Assembly (NCBI GenBank): GCA_030586555.1 | Contig: JAURAC010000017.1 | Span: 8,061-72,060 of the forward strand | Direction: 5' to 3' | Source of the DNA: Candidatus Subterrananammoxibius californiae | GTDB lineage: Bacteria > Planctomycetota > Brocadiia > Brocadiales > Subterrananammoxibiaceae | Length of the DNA: 64,000 nt | In this document: piece after piece, positions 17,635 through 27,253 of the stretch | Layout of the letters: every line of letters starts with the position of its first letter | Position numbering within the stretch: the first letter of the stretch is position 1 | Translations under genes and position numbers: made by a program | The notes under the pieces: generated by a model | The model's input: only the letters and a program-made list of their open reading frames with translations | Database searches by the model: none | Told to the model about the DNA's origin: nothing

Positions 17635-18960
17635 CTAACAAAATCTTTGTATAACCAAACAGGCGTTGTTTCCCAAATAATCGAGGGAATTAATGAGCAC
17701 AGTATTCAATTGCACGGATAAACGAGTTTGTCCATGCCACCCTACAAAATTCAAATCGCATTCTGGGTCTCTTTGAAATGTGGATTGCGGATTGTGGAAT
17801 TCGGAATTAAAATGTCTACCTTCTTGCATTCCGCATTCCGCATTCTCCATTCCCCATTCAGGATACATGGGGGGGGCAATGCCGTCCCTTATTGCTAACA
17901 CAGCTGAAGCCATTTGCATGGCGCCTGAGGCGCCGTAAGGTTCGCCTGTCATGCCTTTAATAGAATTTACCAACGGAGGTTCTTCACAGTTTCTGAATAC
18001 CTCCTGAATTGCCTTTGCTTCGATTAAATCAACTACCTTACTCGAATTGCCATTTGCGCTTATTAGATTAACTTTTTCAGGGGATAAACCTGCTTCTTCA
18101 ATTGCTTCGGTCATAGGTTTTCCAGCCTTATCGAGCCTTTGTCTGAAAGAACCGCTTTTTCTGCCAGCATTGGTACATGCGTATCCTTTGACCTCAGCAT
18201 AAATTCTTACACCGCGGCTTCTGGCAAACTCCAGTTCCTCCATGACAAAGACGTAAGCCCCTTCACTCATGATAAAGCCGCTGCGTCTCTCATCAAACGG
18301 CATACTAATCTCGCCGGACTTACCATCTGAGCCTGCTAAAAGTTTTTGCATATAAAATATAACATAAGCGTCGAGAGAGATTTGTTCCACGCCGCCAGTT
18401 ATTATGATATCTGCTTTACCATTTTGTATCAAGTTATAAGCATTACCAATGGCATCAGTGCTTGAGATAAAGCCTGAAGAAATTGTGCGTGCAGGGCCTT
18501 TTATCTTAAAGAAAACAGAAGCAAAATTAATTGAAGAATTTAGCGCCACATCATAGCTCGCCATTGGCAGCAGTTCGGAAGGGTTGTTTCGGACTATATC
18601 GTATGTATAATCTGTGGTTTCGGAATAATTACCGAGGGCTGAGCCTATGATTATACCTGTTCTACATTCGAGTTGAGAGTCGAGGGTCGTGAGTCCAGAG
18701 TCTTGAAGGGCAAGCTTTATGGCTGAGGCAAGGAATTTTGTGCCCTTGGTAAGGTACTTGATTCCCTTATTCCCAATGTATTGTTCAGTTTGAAGGTTTT
18801 TAACCTCCACCCCCATTTTGCATTTATAGTTTGTGGTATCAATACAGGTAATAGGGGAAATGCCAGACCTGCCATCAATCAAGTTCTTCCAGAACTCCTC
18901 GTGCCCAAACCCAAGGGGGGAGATTATGCCTATTCCTGTTATGACAGCGCGTTTCTTCAT
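17635..18960 (-). CDS. Catalytically inactive FabF paralog (chain-length-factor-like) with three repeat-derived insertions
   Basis: KAS fold; active-site Cys region reads TISSGFISS and His motif reads SANGNSS. Confidence 0.85.
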   Translation of the reverse strand: MKKRAVITGIGIISPLGFGHEEFWKNLIDGRSGISPITCIDTTNYKCKMGVEVKNLQTEQYIGNKGIKYLTKGTKFLASAIKLALQDSGLTTLDSQLECRTGIIIGSALGNYSETTDYTYDIVRNNPSELLPMASYDVALNSSINFASVFFKIKGPARTISSGFISSTDAIGNAYNLIQNGKADIIITGGVEQISLDAYVIFYMQKLLAGSDGKSGEISMPFDERRSGFIMSEGAYVFVMEELEFARSRGVRIYAEVKGYACTNAGRKSGSFRQRLDKAGKPMTEAIEEAGLSPEKVNLISANGNSSKVVDLIEAKAIQEVFRNCEEPPLVNSIKGMTGEPYGASGAMQMASAVLAIRDGIAPPMYPEWGMENAECGMQEGRHFNSEFHNPQSTFQRDPECDLNFVGWHGQTRLSVQLNTVLINSLDYLGNNACLVIQRFC

Positions 18961-19010
18961 AAACCAAAAATCGGTATGCACGGACAAACAACTTTGTCCG
19001 TGCCACCCTT

Positions 19011-20219
19011 CTATAACCCACCAAAAATGATAGCAACATTATTCCCACCAAAGGCAAAGGAGTTGTTCATCACGTATTTGACCTTTAATTCTCTTGCCTT
19101 GTTGGGCACGCAGTCAATATCGCACTCTGGGTCGGGTGTTTCATAGTTAATTGTTGGTGGAATAACGCCATCCCTTATGGTTAAACAGCATGCTACTGAT
19201 TCTATGGCGCTTGCTGCGCCCATAGTATGACCAATCATGGATTTTATAGAGCTGCATGGAATCTCTTTTGCCCGTTCCTTGAACACCGCTTTTACTGCCA
19301 ACGTTTCCATCTTGTCATTTAATGGCGTTCCTGTACCGTGGGCATTGACATAATCTACATCCTTATAGGAAAGCCCTGATGCTGACAAGGCTAAGTTTGC
19401 TGCCCTTATAGCGCCATCCCCATCAGGATGCGGGGCAGTCATGTGGTAGCCATCACTGCTCATGCCATAGCCCATCATCTCCGCATATATATTGGCGCCA
19501 CGTTTAGAGGCAAACTCCATACTCTCTAAAACCATCATACCTGCGCCTTCCCCAATCATCAGTCCCTGCCTATTTTTATCAAATGGCTGGCATCTTTCAG
19601 GTGCAAGAGATTTTAGGTTATGGAAGTGAGTGAACTCCGTTTGGGGGATGAGTTCGCCGCCGCCTACAAGCACAGCATCCGCCTTGCCCATCTGAATGAG
19701 GTCATAAGCCCATGCAATGGCGTGATTGCCTGATGAGCAGGCGTTTATCATTATAAGGCTGGGACCCTCGATGCCAAAATCCTCTGCTAAGGATGACGTT
19801 ATGGAAGATGGCGGGTATATCGCTGCAACATCCGTATCAAAACCATTAGCTTTATTTTGATGGTTTACCCTTAGCAAGTCCTCGAACACGGGTAGTTCTG
19901 CCGCAAGGGTTCCAACAGCAATTCCGAATCTTTCACGATTAATATCCCCGCCAGAAATTGGGATACCGCTATCTTCAAGCGCCTCTTTGGCGGCTAAATA
20001 TGTGTATTTATAGATTGTGTTGCGCTTGATATTATTCTCTGGAAACTTGCAGGACTCAAGACTTCTTACCTGACATGCACGGTGTACCCTGTATTTAGAG
20101 GTATCAAAGTAGGTTACTTCGGTGGCGCCATCCTTGCCGTTAACCATCGAATTCCAGCTTTCTTTAACTCCGATACCAATTGGGGTAACCAACCCAAGTC
20201 CAGTAACAACTACACGCAT
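19011..20219 (-). CDS. fabF: Beta-ketoacyl-ACP synthase II
   Basis: NACSSG, NAHGTGT, KSMIGH, NSFAFGG intact. Confidence 0.92.
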   Translation of the reverse strand: MRVVVTGLGLVTPIGIGVKESWNSMVNGKDGATEVTYFDTSKYRVHRACQVRSLESCKFPENNIKRNTIYKYTYLAAKEALEDSGIPISGGDINRERFGIAVGTLAAELPVFEDLLRVNHQNKANGFDTDVAAIYPPSSITSSLAEDFGIEGPSLIMINACSSGNHAIAWAYDLIQMGKADAVLVGGGELIPQTEFTHFHNLKSLAPERCQPFDKNRQGLMIGEGAGMMVLESMEFASKRGANIYAEMMGYGMSSDGYHMTAPHPDGDGAIRAANLALSASGLSYKDVDYVNAHGTGTPLNDKMETLAVKAVFKERAKEIPCSSIKSMIGHTMGAASAIESVACCLTIRDGVIPPTINYETPDPECDIDCVPNKARELKVKYVMNNSFAFGGNNVAIIFGGL

Positions 20220-20273
20220 AGCATTTGTTCCTTATTGTAGTAGGCGACTAAAAGGTATGTGATGGCAACAACA

Positions 20274-20330
20274 GGTAGACAACGAACTTTATGTTCGTTG
20301 AATCAACGAGGTAAAACCTCGTTGTCTACC
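20274..20330. repeat. GGTAGACAACG double-hairpin REP; also 30878-30934 and, in swapped arrangement, 62516-62574
   Basis: GGTAGACAACGAACTTTATGTTCGTTGAATCAACGAGGTAAAACCTCGTTGTCTACC; the 30878 copy differs by a compensatory pair. Confidence 0.9.
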
Positions 20331-21828
20331 TCATTATGCTTCCTGTCTCGGCAAAATTAAGTGGTACTTTTTGCTCAAACGAACAGGACGCATTTTTTTC
20401 GATATACTGCTTTAATGCGGCGTCATAGACCCCGGAATCCCTCAACTCCTTAACATTTGCAATCAGATGGCTAAATACGTTTTGCCAGTCGAGATTAACC
20501 CGAAAGGCAAAAAGTGCAGAGTTCATGTTATTCAAAACGGCCTTTGAGTTCTGAAACCTCTTGCGAAGCGCCTCGGTTGAGTAAAGCTTTTCATACACAA
20601 GCTCAAGACCGTCAATAAGCTCCTGGATGGACATTTTTTTCAAAATATAGGTAAGGTGGTGGGACGTGTAATAAATCCAGTCTTCAGGGAAATTATTGCG
20701 GAAGATTCTGCCTTCCTTCGTCAGTCTCTTATATAAATCAGTGTTAATAAATGGGCAAAGTATGCCGCATGTCATTACATCAATGTTTGTATCAAGCACA
20801 AATTTTGCAACCGATTCGAATGTCTCAATTGTGTCTGTATCGTTGCCAAATACGAATGTACCCCAGACGGCAATGCCGTGTTTTCTTATGTTGGCAATGG
20901 CTTCATGATATTTTTCAATGGTAATTCTGAGGTTAACGTTTTTGTGCATGGTCTTGAGTGCGTCCTCATTTATTGATTCGATGCCGATAAGTACACCTAC
21001 GCATCCACTCTTAACCATGTAGTCAAGCGTTTCGTCATCTTTAAAAATATTAAGGGATGTAAAGCCGAACCAGTTTTGATAAATACCTCGCTCAACCATG
21101 CCCTTGAACAGTTCCCTTACCCGCTCATTAGACTTCTTGCTGTGGCCATAGAAATTTTCATCGGTGAGCACAAGTCCTCGATACTGCCCTTTTATGCTTT
21201 CTAACTCATTAAGGACATCCTCAATGGGCCTTTCCCTGTATTTTTTCCCCTGGAATTGGGGAACAGAGCAGAACTCGCAATGGAAGGGGCATCCTGCGGT
21301 GGTGATAATGCCTGAGTATCTGTATTTGTATTTCTTTTTCAGATATTGCCTGTCAGGGAAAATATCCTTATAGGTTTCAAGCGGAGTTAATCCGCCATCG
21401 TATTGTTTCTGAAGGCAATTATTTTCAAAATCGGATATTATCCTTTCCCATATCTTAATAGCTTCCCTTATTATGACTGTGTCAACATGCTTAGCAGCCT
21501 CTTCGGGATAACTTGTCGTATGGACGCCACCCATGATTACTGGTATCCCATTCTTGCGGCATGCCTCGGCAATCTTATATGCCCTGTGCGCCTGATAGCT
21601 CACGGATGTGATGCCAACAAGGTCTGCCCCTGCAACAGCAGGGGCTGGGTGTTCATCGTTCTCGTCGAGGGCTGATTCGCTCGTTTCGTCTATAATATCA
21701 ACTTGCCAATGTTTTGGGGTTACTGTTGCAAGATAAGCCAGATTTACCGGCATCTGATTTAATACGGATACGTTTTCTTCCCCAACATTGCCCTTTGGAT
21801 GGGGATTAATTAGAACCAATCGTTTCAT
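20326..21828 (-). CDS. B12-binding radical SAM enzyme
   Basis: N-terminal cobalamin-binding domain (VGITS, VIMGGVH), CPFHCEFC. Confidence 0.92.
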   Translation of the reverse strand: MKRLVLINPHPKGNVGEENVSVLNQMPVNLAYLATVTPKHWQVDIIDETSESALDENDEHPAPAVAGADLVGITSVSYQAHRAYKIAEACRKNGIPVIMGGVHTTSYPEEAAKHVDTVIIREAIKIWERIISDFENNCLQKQYDGGLTPLETYKDIFPDRQYLKKKYKYRYSGIITTAGCPFHCEFCSVPQFQGKKYRERPIEDVLNELESIKGQYRGLVLTDENFYGHSKKSNERVRELFKGMVERGIYQNWFGFTSLNIFKDDETLDYMVKSGCVGVLIGIESINEDALKTMHKNVNLRITIEKYHEAIANIRKHGIAVWGTFVFGNDTDTIETFESVAKFVLDTNIDVMTCGILCPFINTDLYKRLTKEGRIFRNNFPEDWIYYTSHHLTYILKKMSIQELIDGLELVYEKLYSTEALRKRFQNSKAVLNNMNSALFAFRVNLDWQNVFSHLIANVKELRDSGVYDAALKQYIEKNASCSFEQKVPLNFAETGSIMR

Positions 21829-22224
21829 CTATTTCCCCCTTTGTAGAAAATCATCAGCCGCAAAAAGCACCCCTGCGATAGCATAATCCTTGCAATGCGA
21901 CATAGACACAGCTATATCTTTGACGTTCTCCTTTTCTACTGCTTCCTTTACAGCCCCGTAAAGATTAAGATAGGGTTTGCCCAACTCATCGTTAAGCACC
22001 TCAATATCCGTCCATTTCATCTTACCACGCCAACCCGTCCCGAGGGCTTTAAACACAGCCTCTTTTGTAGCAAATCTGGCGGCAAAATGCTGGTACTGGT
22101 TCCTCTTCATCTGTTGACAATAAGCAATTTCACTTTTTGTGTAAATTCTCTTCAAGAATCCACTATGCGCCGAAAAGAAATCTTTAATCCTTTTAATCTC
22201 TATAATATCAATGCCTATGTGCAT
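21829..22224 (-). CDS. acpS: Holo-ACP synthase
   Basis: IGIDIIEIKRI, AARFATKEAVFKALGTG, SMSH. Confidence 0.95.
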   Translation of the reverse strand: MHIGIDIIEIKRIKDFFSAHSGFLKRIYTKSEIAYCQQMKRNQYQHFAARFATKEAVFKALGTGWRGKMKWTDIEVLNDELGKPYLNLYGAVKEAVEKENVKDIAVSMSHCKDYAIAGVLFAADDFLQRGK

Positions 22225-22473
22225 ATTTAATTTGTTTTGTAGAAAGCAAGAAATTGTTCGCCACGGCGAATCCCGCCTGAGGCGGGTCTGTGAGCAGCCA
22301 CAGGGTCGCCCTCTGGCGACTGTCTCAGGCACGACTTCGGTTTCACCTCGCAATGACATTACTTGCTTTTTACTATTATAAGCCTTATATTATTACCTTC
22401 TTTTCATCATTGGGGGTGTTTTATAATTTTACAGCGTTAGTAAAAGTATGTCAATCGGAATTTATTATCAATT

Positions 22474-23841
22474 ATGGTTAATAAGCAATTTGACAGAGGT
22501 ATAGAATTGACAAGAAAAAACCTGAATCGCAATATTGCGCGCTTAGCCCTCCCTGCCGCAGGGGAAAACGTCCTGCACATGACAATCTTCATTGCTGATA
22601 TTGTCATGGTGGGCCGCTTAGGCACAGAGGCAATAGCTGCTGTTGGTTTAGCAGGGGCGCTGAACTTTATTATTGCCATAATCTTCTCCTCCCTTAATGC
22701 AGGGACACTGAGCCTTGTTGCAAGGCATATTGGGGCAGGGGAGAGGAAGGATGCCGAAAGGGTTGCGGCTCAGTCGCTGTTTCTTGCAATCTTAATAGGG
22801 ATTGTAATTAGCCCTGCGCTGGTTTTGTATGCACAGAAGGTGCTGCTTCTCATGAGCGCGGAGCCGCCTATTGCAGCGCTCGGCACTGTCTATCTGAAGA
22901 TTGTAATGACCATGCTTATTTGCAGGCTCATTATCCTTGCGGGAAGCGCCGCATTTCGTGGCGCTGGCGACACAAGAACGCCCATGTTAATCACCCTTAT
23001 AATGAACTGTATAAATGTGCTTTTTAACTGGCTTTTGATATTTGGCATCTGGAGATTTCCACGCATGGGCGTCATCGGGGCGGCGTGGGGCACGGCGATT
23101 GCATACGGCGTTGGGGCAGCGCTCGTGCTTATAATCCTTTTTAGCGGAAGAGGGGTACTGGCAATTTCTATAAGTAACTTGTTTAAATTCGATTTGACAA
23201 CAATCTGGAGAATATTAAGGATATCCCTGCCAGCCGCCTTTGATTCATTCTTTACACAAGTTGGATACCTGATTTTTATAAAGATAGTTACCTCGCTGGG
23301 AACTGTGTCTTTAGCAGCCCATCAGGTTGCAGTACGAATAGAGGCTATCTCTTTTATGCCCGGCTTCGCATTAGCTGTTTCGACCGCAACACTTGTGGGA
23401 CAAAGTTTGGGCGCTAAGGACGTTGCGCTTGCAAGCCTCAGCATGAAGCGGAACTGTCAATATGCCCTCATGCTCATGGGCTTTTTTGCATGTATTTTCC
23501 TCGCCTTTCCCGCTCAGATGGCAAGGGTCTTTAGTCCAGAGCAAGAAGTCCTTCGACTCAGCGCATTGTGTGTTATGATATCTGCAATCGAACAGCCTGC
23601 CCTGGCAATCTACATGGTATATTCAGGCGGGCTACGCGGGGCAGGTGATACGTTAAGCCCCATGTTAGTTACCATTGTAGGCACGTTATGTTTTCACGTT
23701 TCTCTGGCGTATCTTTTCGGAATAGTTCTCGGCTGGGGACTTGGGGGTGTATGGTTCGGCGCAGCCATTGACTGGATATGCCGCTCAATAGCTGTCTATA
23801 TCCTGTTTCGCAGAGGAAGGTGGAAAAGGATAAAGGTCTAA
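22474..23841 (+). CDS. MATE-family efflux transporter
   Basis: Multiple TM segments, two RGAGDT repeats. Confidence 0.92.
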   Translation: MVNKQFDRGIELTRKNLNRNIARLALPAAGENVLHMTIFIADIVMVGRLGTEAIAAVGLAGALNFIIAIIFSSLNAGTLSLVARHIGAGERKDAERVAAQSLFLAILIGIVISPALVLYAQKVLLLMSAEPPIAALGTVYLKIVMTMLICRLIILAGSAAFRGAGDTRTPMLITLIMNCINVLFNWLLIFGIWRFPRMGVIGAAWGTAIAYGVGAALVLIILFSGRGVLAISISNLFKFDLTTIWRILRISLPAAFDSFFTQVGYLIFIKIVTSLGTVSLAAHQVAVRIEAISFMPGFALAVSTATLVGQSLGAKDVALASLSMKRNCQYALMLMGFFACIFLAFPAQMARVFSPEQEVLRLSALCVMISAIEQPALAIYMVYSGGLRGAGDTLSPMLVTIVGTLCFHVSLAYLFGIVLGWGLGGVWFGAAIDWICRSIAVYILFRRGRWKRIKV

Positions 23842-23883
23842 CCAATCGGGTCTTAGGGCAGAAAGTGATGAGCACAAAAACCC

Positions 23884-23912
23884 TTGACTAATAGAGAGGC
23901 TTATGTTAACAT
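23884..23912 (+). promoter_or_regulatory. Sigma70 promoter, probably giving a leaderless mRNA
   Basis: TTGACT-17-TAACAT, then 6 nt to the GTG start; no SD. Confidence 0.55.
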
Positions 23913-23918
23913 TCCTTC

Positions 23919-24215
23919 GTGGCAACTACTATAAAAACAGAACATCCTCATATCACCCATGTAGAAGGTACCTGCGGTGGACGCCCCATTGTCAATGGAA
24001 CAAGAACACCTGTCAGAGCTATTGTTTGCTACTATAAGACGGGCATGTCCCCGGAGGAGATTGTAACAAGTCTTCCCCACCTAAGCCTTGCCCAGGTCCA
24101 TGACGCACTTTCCTATTACTATGACCATCAGGATGAAATTAATAAGGATATTGAAGAAAACTCTGAGGCGAACGTCACGAAGCTCTATCCTCCCGGTAAA
24201 TACACTATCAAGTGA
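23919..24215 (+). CDS. DUF433 antitoxin
   Basis: CGGRPIVNGTRTPV, PHLSLAQVHDALSYYYDH. Confidence 0.9.
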   Translation: MATTIKTEHPHITHVEGTCGGRPIVNGTRTPVRAIVCYYKTGMSPEEIVTSLPHLSLAQVHDALSYYYDHQDEINKDIEENSEANVTKLYPPGKYTIK

Positions 24216-24565
24216 ACCCCATCAGATTCTATCTTGATGAAGATGTTGATGTTCGGCTTGCAAATGCCCTTCGCAGTAAAGGATTTGATACTATAACTAC
24301 AAGAGATGCAAAAAAGCTTAAAGCCTCCGATTCTGAACAGTTAGCATTCTCCACGCTAAACAATCGAGCAATCATAACCTCAAATGTCTCTGATTATGCA
24401 AGACTTCACTACCAATATCTAACGCAAAAGGAGAGGCACTACGGTATCATTGTTACTGCCCAGATTCCAGTTGGCGAAACCCTCCGAAGGCTTACAAATC
24501 TTGCCTGCAAATTATCAGCATAAGATATGATTAACCGCCTTGAATATCTGAGCAACTGGAGATAA
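24212..24565 (+). pseudogene. DUF5615 PIN-like toxin with a premature TAA at 24521
   Basis: FYLDEDV, SDSEQL, HYGII; reading past the stop gives DMINRLEYLSNWR, a typical-looking family C-terminus. Confidence 0.65.
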
Positions 24566-24705
24566 CAACTTCCTCCCTCCATAGCCGAATCTCAGGCATT
24601 TTTGACACAGAGTCAATAATTAAATATGGCGTCCCCGGAAATTGCTTGCATTATTGATATCATTACGCTATCATTTGTTGAAAGCACAATAAGGGATGCA
24701 ATGCG

Positions 24706-25119
24706 ATGAGAAAGATAATGATTGACACAAATATCTATGCTTTATTTAAAAGGAATGATGCTTTCGTTCTGGAAAATTTAAGAAGGATTGAATTTATAGG
24801 TATCTCTATTGTAGTTTTGGGCGAATTGCTATGCGGTTTTAAAGGAGGCAACAAGGAAATCAAGAACCGCGAAGAACTTGAACAGTTCCTGGATTTGCCC
24901 AGAGTCCACATCATTCAAGTGGATGAAGAAACGGCAGAATTTTATGCAAAAATATTCTGGAATCTGAAGAAAAATGGAACGCCTATACCAACCAATGATA
25001 TCTGGGTGGCGGCATCAGCCATGCGGCATGGAATACATCTTTTTACAAATGATGAACACTTTAAAAATATTGATGGTTTTTTGCTTTTTCCTGAGGAGAG
25101 ATTTGTATGGCAACGATGA
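24706..25119 (+). CDS. vapC: VapC PIN toxin
   Basis: IDTN, GELL, PIPTNDIWVAA, TNDEHF. Confidence 0.92.
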   Translation: MRKIMIDTNIYALFKRNDAFVLENLRRIEFIGISIVVLGELLCGFKGGNKEIKNREELEQFLDLPRVHIIQVDEETAEFYAKIFWNLKKNGTPIPTNDIWVAASAMRHGIHLFTNDEHFKNIDGFLLFPEERFVWQR

Positions 25120-25364
25120 CGGTTAGGGGAATTGATGACGAGGTTGCAAAACTTTTAAAAGACCAGGCAAATAGTGAGGGTATAAGTGTCAATGCACTCA
25201 TGTTGAAAATGGTGAAAGAGTCTCTCGGTATAGAAAAAAAGGGGAGGACAAAAATATACCGTGATCTGGACCATCTTGCCGGCACATGGAGTGAAAAAGA
25301 TTTAAAAGAATTTCAGAAAAATGTTGAAGACCTCGAAAAGATTGATAAAGAAAACTGGAAATAA
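25107..25364 (+). CDS. FitA-like ribbon-helix-helix antitoxin, downstream of its toxin
   Basis: MTVRGIDD..LK..A..EGISVN; DLDHLAGTWS. Confidence 0.85.
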   Translation: MATMTVRGIDDEVAKLLKDQANSEGISVNALMLKMVKESLGIEKKGRTKIYRDLDHLAGTWSEKDLKEFQKNVEDLEKIDKENWK

Positions 25365-25437
25365 AAAGGTATGTATTGCCCCTAAATAACAAAGTCAATA
25401 ATTAAGTGCGGTGTCCCGAGAATTTCCCCAGAATGTA

Positions 25438-26427
25438 CTACCGGCGCCCCGCAATACGCCCTCCGGGCGTCCACAGCCTCAACAGATCATCTGCTTTCTT
25501 TATGTCTCGAACCGGCTTGGTTCTAGGCAGTCTGGTCTCTTGCCCTAAAATCACTTTTGTTTTCGCTCGGAAATCCTTCCAGTCCATCTCCTGTCCACGT
25601 TTAGGAAGTTCAAGATGGAAGACGTAACGTTCCTTTCTGGTTCTCGTGTTCCGAATATACTTGTCTATCCACCGAAGTCGCCCTGGAGGCAAAACTGAAA
25701 TGCTTTTGTCTTCGTGTCGAATGCACTGAATAATCCAGTCTCCCATTTGCAGTTCGTCCGCCATTTTTGGCTTATAAGAATACCAGAAATTGCTTAATTT
25801 AGATCGGGATGTATCCTTGATGAGCTTCTGGGCTCGATTCTCACTCTGTTTAAAAAGCTCAACTTCTTTTTGGGGTATACAACCCTCATAGAGGTTTTCC
25901 AGCCACAACTTTGCAGGAGTTGTTGGCGGAATGTGCTTCTTGTTTGATTTCCGTTGTCCTGGGCGTTTCGGTGGCATGTAAATGCGCTTGCACTCGCGCA
26001 GGTATTCGTCTCGCACTGGCTCGGTACAGATGCGGCTGAAGAAATCACGAGCTCGTCTGACCGCCAGAGGGTCTTTCGTGAGTAATGCTGCTTCTTCGAG
26101 GTTGTCCCTTGAGTTCCTGGAGATATTCGCTGATCCAACCAAGACTCTTTTGTCGGTGATGACAATCTTGGCGTGTAAGTTCCTTCTTGTGAACACTAAC
26201 ACGCCGCGCTTGATAAGTCGTTCAATTTCATTTGGGTCTGTCCCCCCAGCCTTGACCGTAGCAGGACTCATGTCTACGACTAAGCGGTTTCCCTTTTTTA
26301 GTGGCAGCAGTCTTGCACCATCTTTCCCCAGGTAGGCGATAGCGGCGTCTACATGGTAAGCGGAGCGGACGTAATCTGATAGTGTTTCCCAAATGCTCTC
26401 GTTGGTTAGGAAATGAGTTGTGCTCAT
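25438..26427 (-). CDS. PLD-superfamily (single HKD) nuclease-like protein
   Basis: LHAKIVITD...VGSANIS...EAALL. Confidence 0.8.
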   Translation of the reverse strand: MSTTHFLTNESIWETLSDYVRSAYHVDAAIAYLGKDGARLLPLKKGNRLVVDMSPATVKAGGTDPNEIERLIKRGVLVFTRRNLHAKIVITDKRVLVGSANISRNSRDNLEEAALLTKDPLAVRRARDFFSRICTEPVRDEYLRECKRIYMPPKRPGQRKSNKKHIPPTTPAKLWLENLYEGCIPQKEVELFKQSENRAQKLIKDTSRSKLSNFWYSYKPKMADELQMGDWIIQCIRHEDKSISVLPPGRLRWIDKYIRNTRTRKERYVFHLELPKRGQEMDWKDFRAKTKVILGQETRLPRTKPVRDIKKADDLLRLWTPGGRIAGRR

Positions 26428-26568
26428 GATGAGTCTTTTGCCCCAACTGTTTCTATCTATAGAAGCTCAACGAGGTCTACCCAACATGTACAAATGTGGG
26501 GATACCATACGTAATTTAGAAGTCAATAATTAAGTATGGAGTTCCCAGATTTGATTAAACCATTCCTA

Positions 26569-26787
26569 TTATATCTTGTTCCATTCTTCAGGACGTATAT
26601 TAGCCTGTTTCAAAATCCTTCTGATAAGCCCGACATCTATATCACCCTTATGCGGGTTGGGAATGATAAGACGGGTATTTTCTTTTTCCATCCAACTATG
26701 TTTACCACCAGGATAAGGTCCTTTAAATCCAAATTCTTTCAACTTTCTAATCAATACCTGTCGTGTGCAGGGTTTCAGCTTAGGCAT
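26569..26787 (-). CDS. hicA: HicA toxin
   Basis: LKEFGF...GGKH...IIPNPH..DI. Confidence 0.9.
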   Translation of the reverse strand: MPKLKPCTRQVLIRKLKEFGFKGPYPGGKHSWMEKENTRLIIPNPHKGDIDVGLIRRILKQANIRPEEWNKI

Positions 26788-27058
26788 AAATCCTTTTCTT
26801 TGTTGATACCTTTACATCTGCAGCTATACGACAGCCATTGACAACAGGCATTTCCTCACCTTTCTTCAACCCAACGGTAACCCAGAGTTCTATAGCATCA
26901 ATAAGGTTTTCCCTGGCTTCTTCAAAATTTCTACCCTGGGTAAAGCAACCCGGTAGGTTGGGTGCCTCGGCAATAATTACATCAGAACTTTCGCCTTTTT
27001 CATAGATGGCATTTTTTAAAACCTCTGTTATATATTCTCTAAAAGTTACTGTCTTCAT
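26780..27058 (-). CDS. hicB: HicB antitoxin
   Basis: PNLPGCFTQGRNFEEARENLIDAIE; TTGACA-18-TATATT promoter 7 nt upstream of ATG. Confidence 0.92.
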   Translation of the reverse strand: MKTVTFREYITEVLKNAIYEKGESSDVIIAEAPNLPGCFTQGRNFEEARENLIDAIELWVTVGLKKGEEMPVVNGCRIAADVKVSTKKRIYA

Positions 27059-27189
27059 GAAAATGAATATACCTTAAAGATTCACACTTTGTCAATAGAA
27101 ACTCTCAGAAAAATTAACGTTTGGAATTCTTGGGACACCATGCGCAATTTGGAAGTTAATAATTAAGTATGATGTCCCAAGAATTAGAC

Positions 27190-27253
27190 GTCTAACGACT
27201 AAGCTAACCGGTGCGCAGCTTTTTCGTGCGTACGGTTGAGCGCCTTGTTAGGC
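27190..27253 (-). mobile_element. Integron attC site (solitary)
   Basis: Minus strand GCCTAAC-AAGGCGCTCAACCGTACGCACG...CTGCGCACCGGTTAGCTTAGTC-GTTAGAC; RYYYAAC...GTTRRRY with L boxes. Confidence 0.8.

Larger units (their letters stand above)
24611..27185 (+). repeat. Four co-oriented copies of a GGGACACCAT..AATT / AATTAAGTATGGTGTCCC repeat: halves at 24611-24643 and 25393-25424, full hairpins at 26492-26552 and 27125-27185
   Basis: Shared AGTYAATAATTAAR-TRYG-N-GTCCC-type core read directly. Confidence 0.85.

Noticed and set aside
22225..22359. Long N-terminal extensions in the ORF track (acpS; also aspA, 11503, 14279, 18987, 29571, 55898, 62519)
   Set aside because: They run through repeats, hairpins or overlapping genes; family similarity starts at a downstream start codon.
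24521..24523. Stop-codon recoding (Sec/Pyl) in DUF5615
   Set aside because: The codon is TAA, one change from GAA; a nonsense mutation or error is simpler.
24611..27185. CRISPR array
   Set aside because: Repeats are separated by 0.6-1.1 kb of genes, are degenerate, and no cas genes are present.
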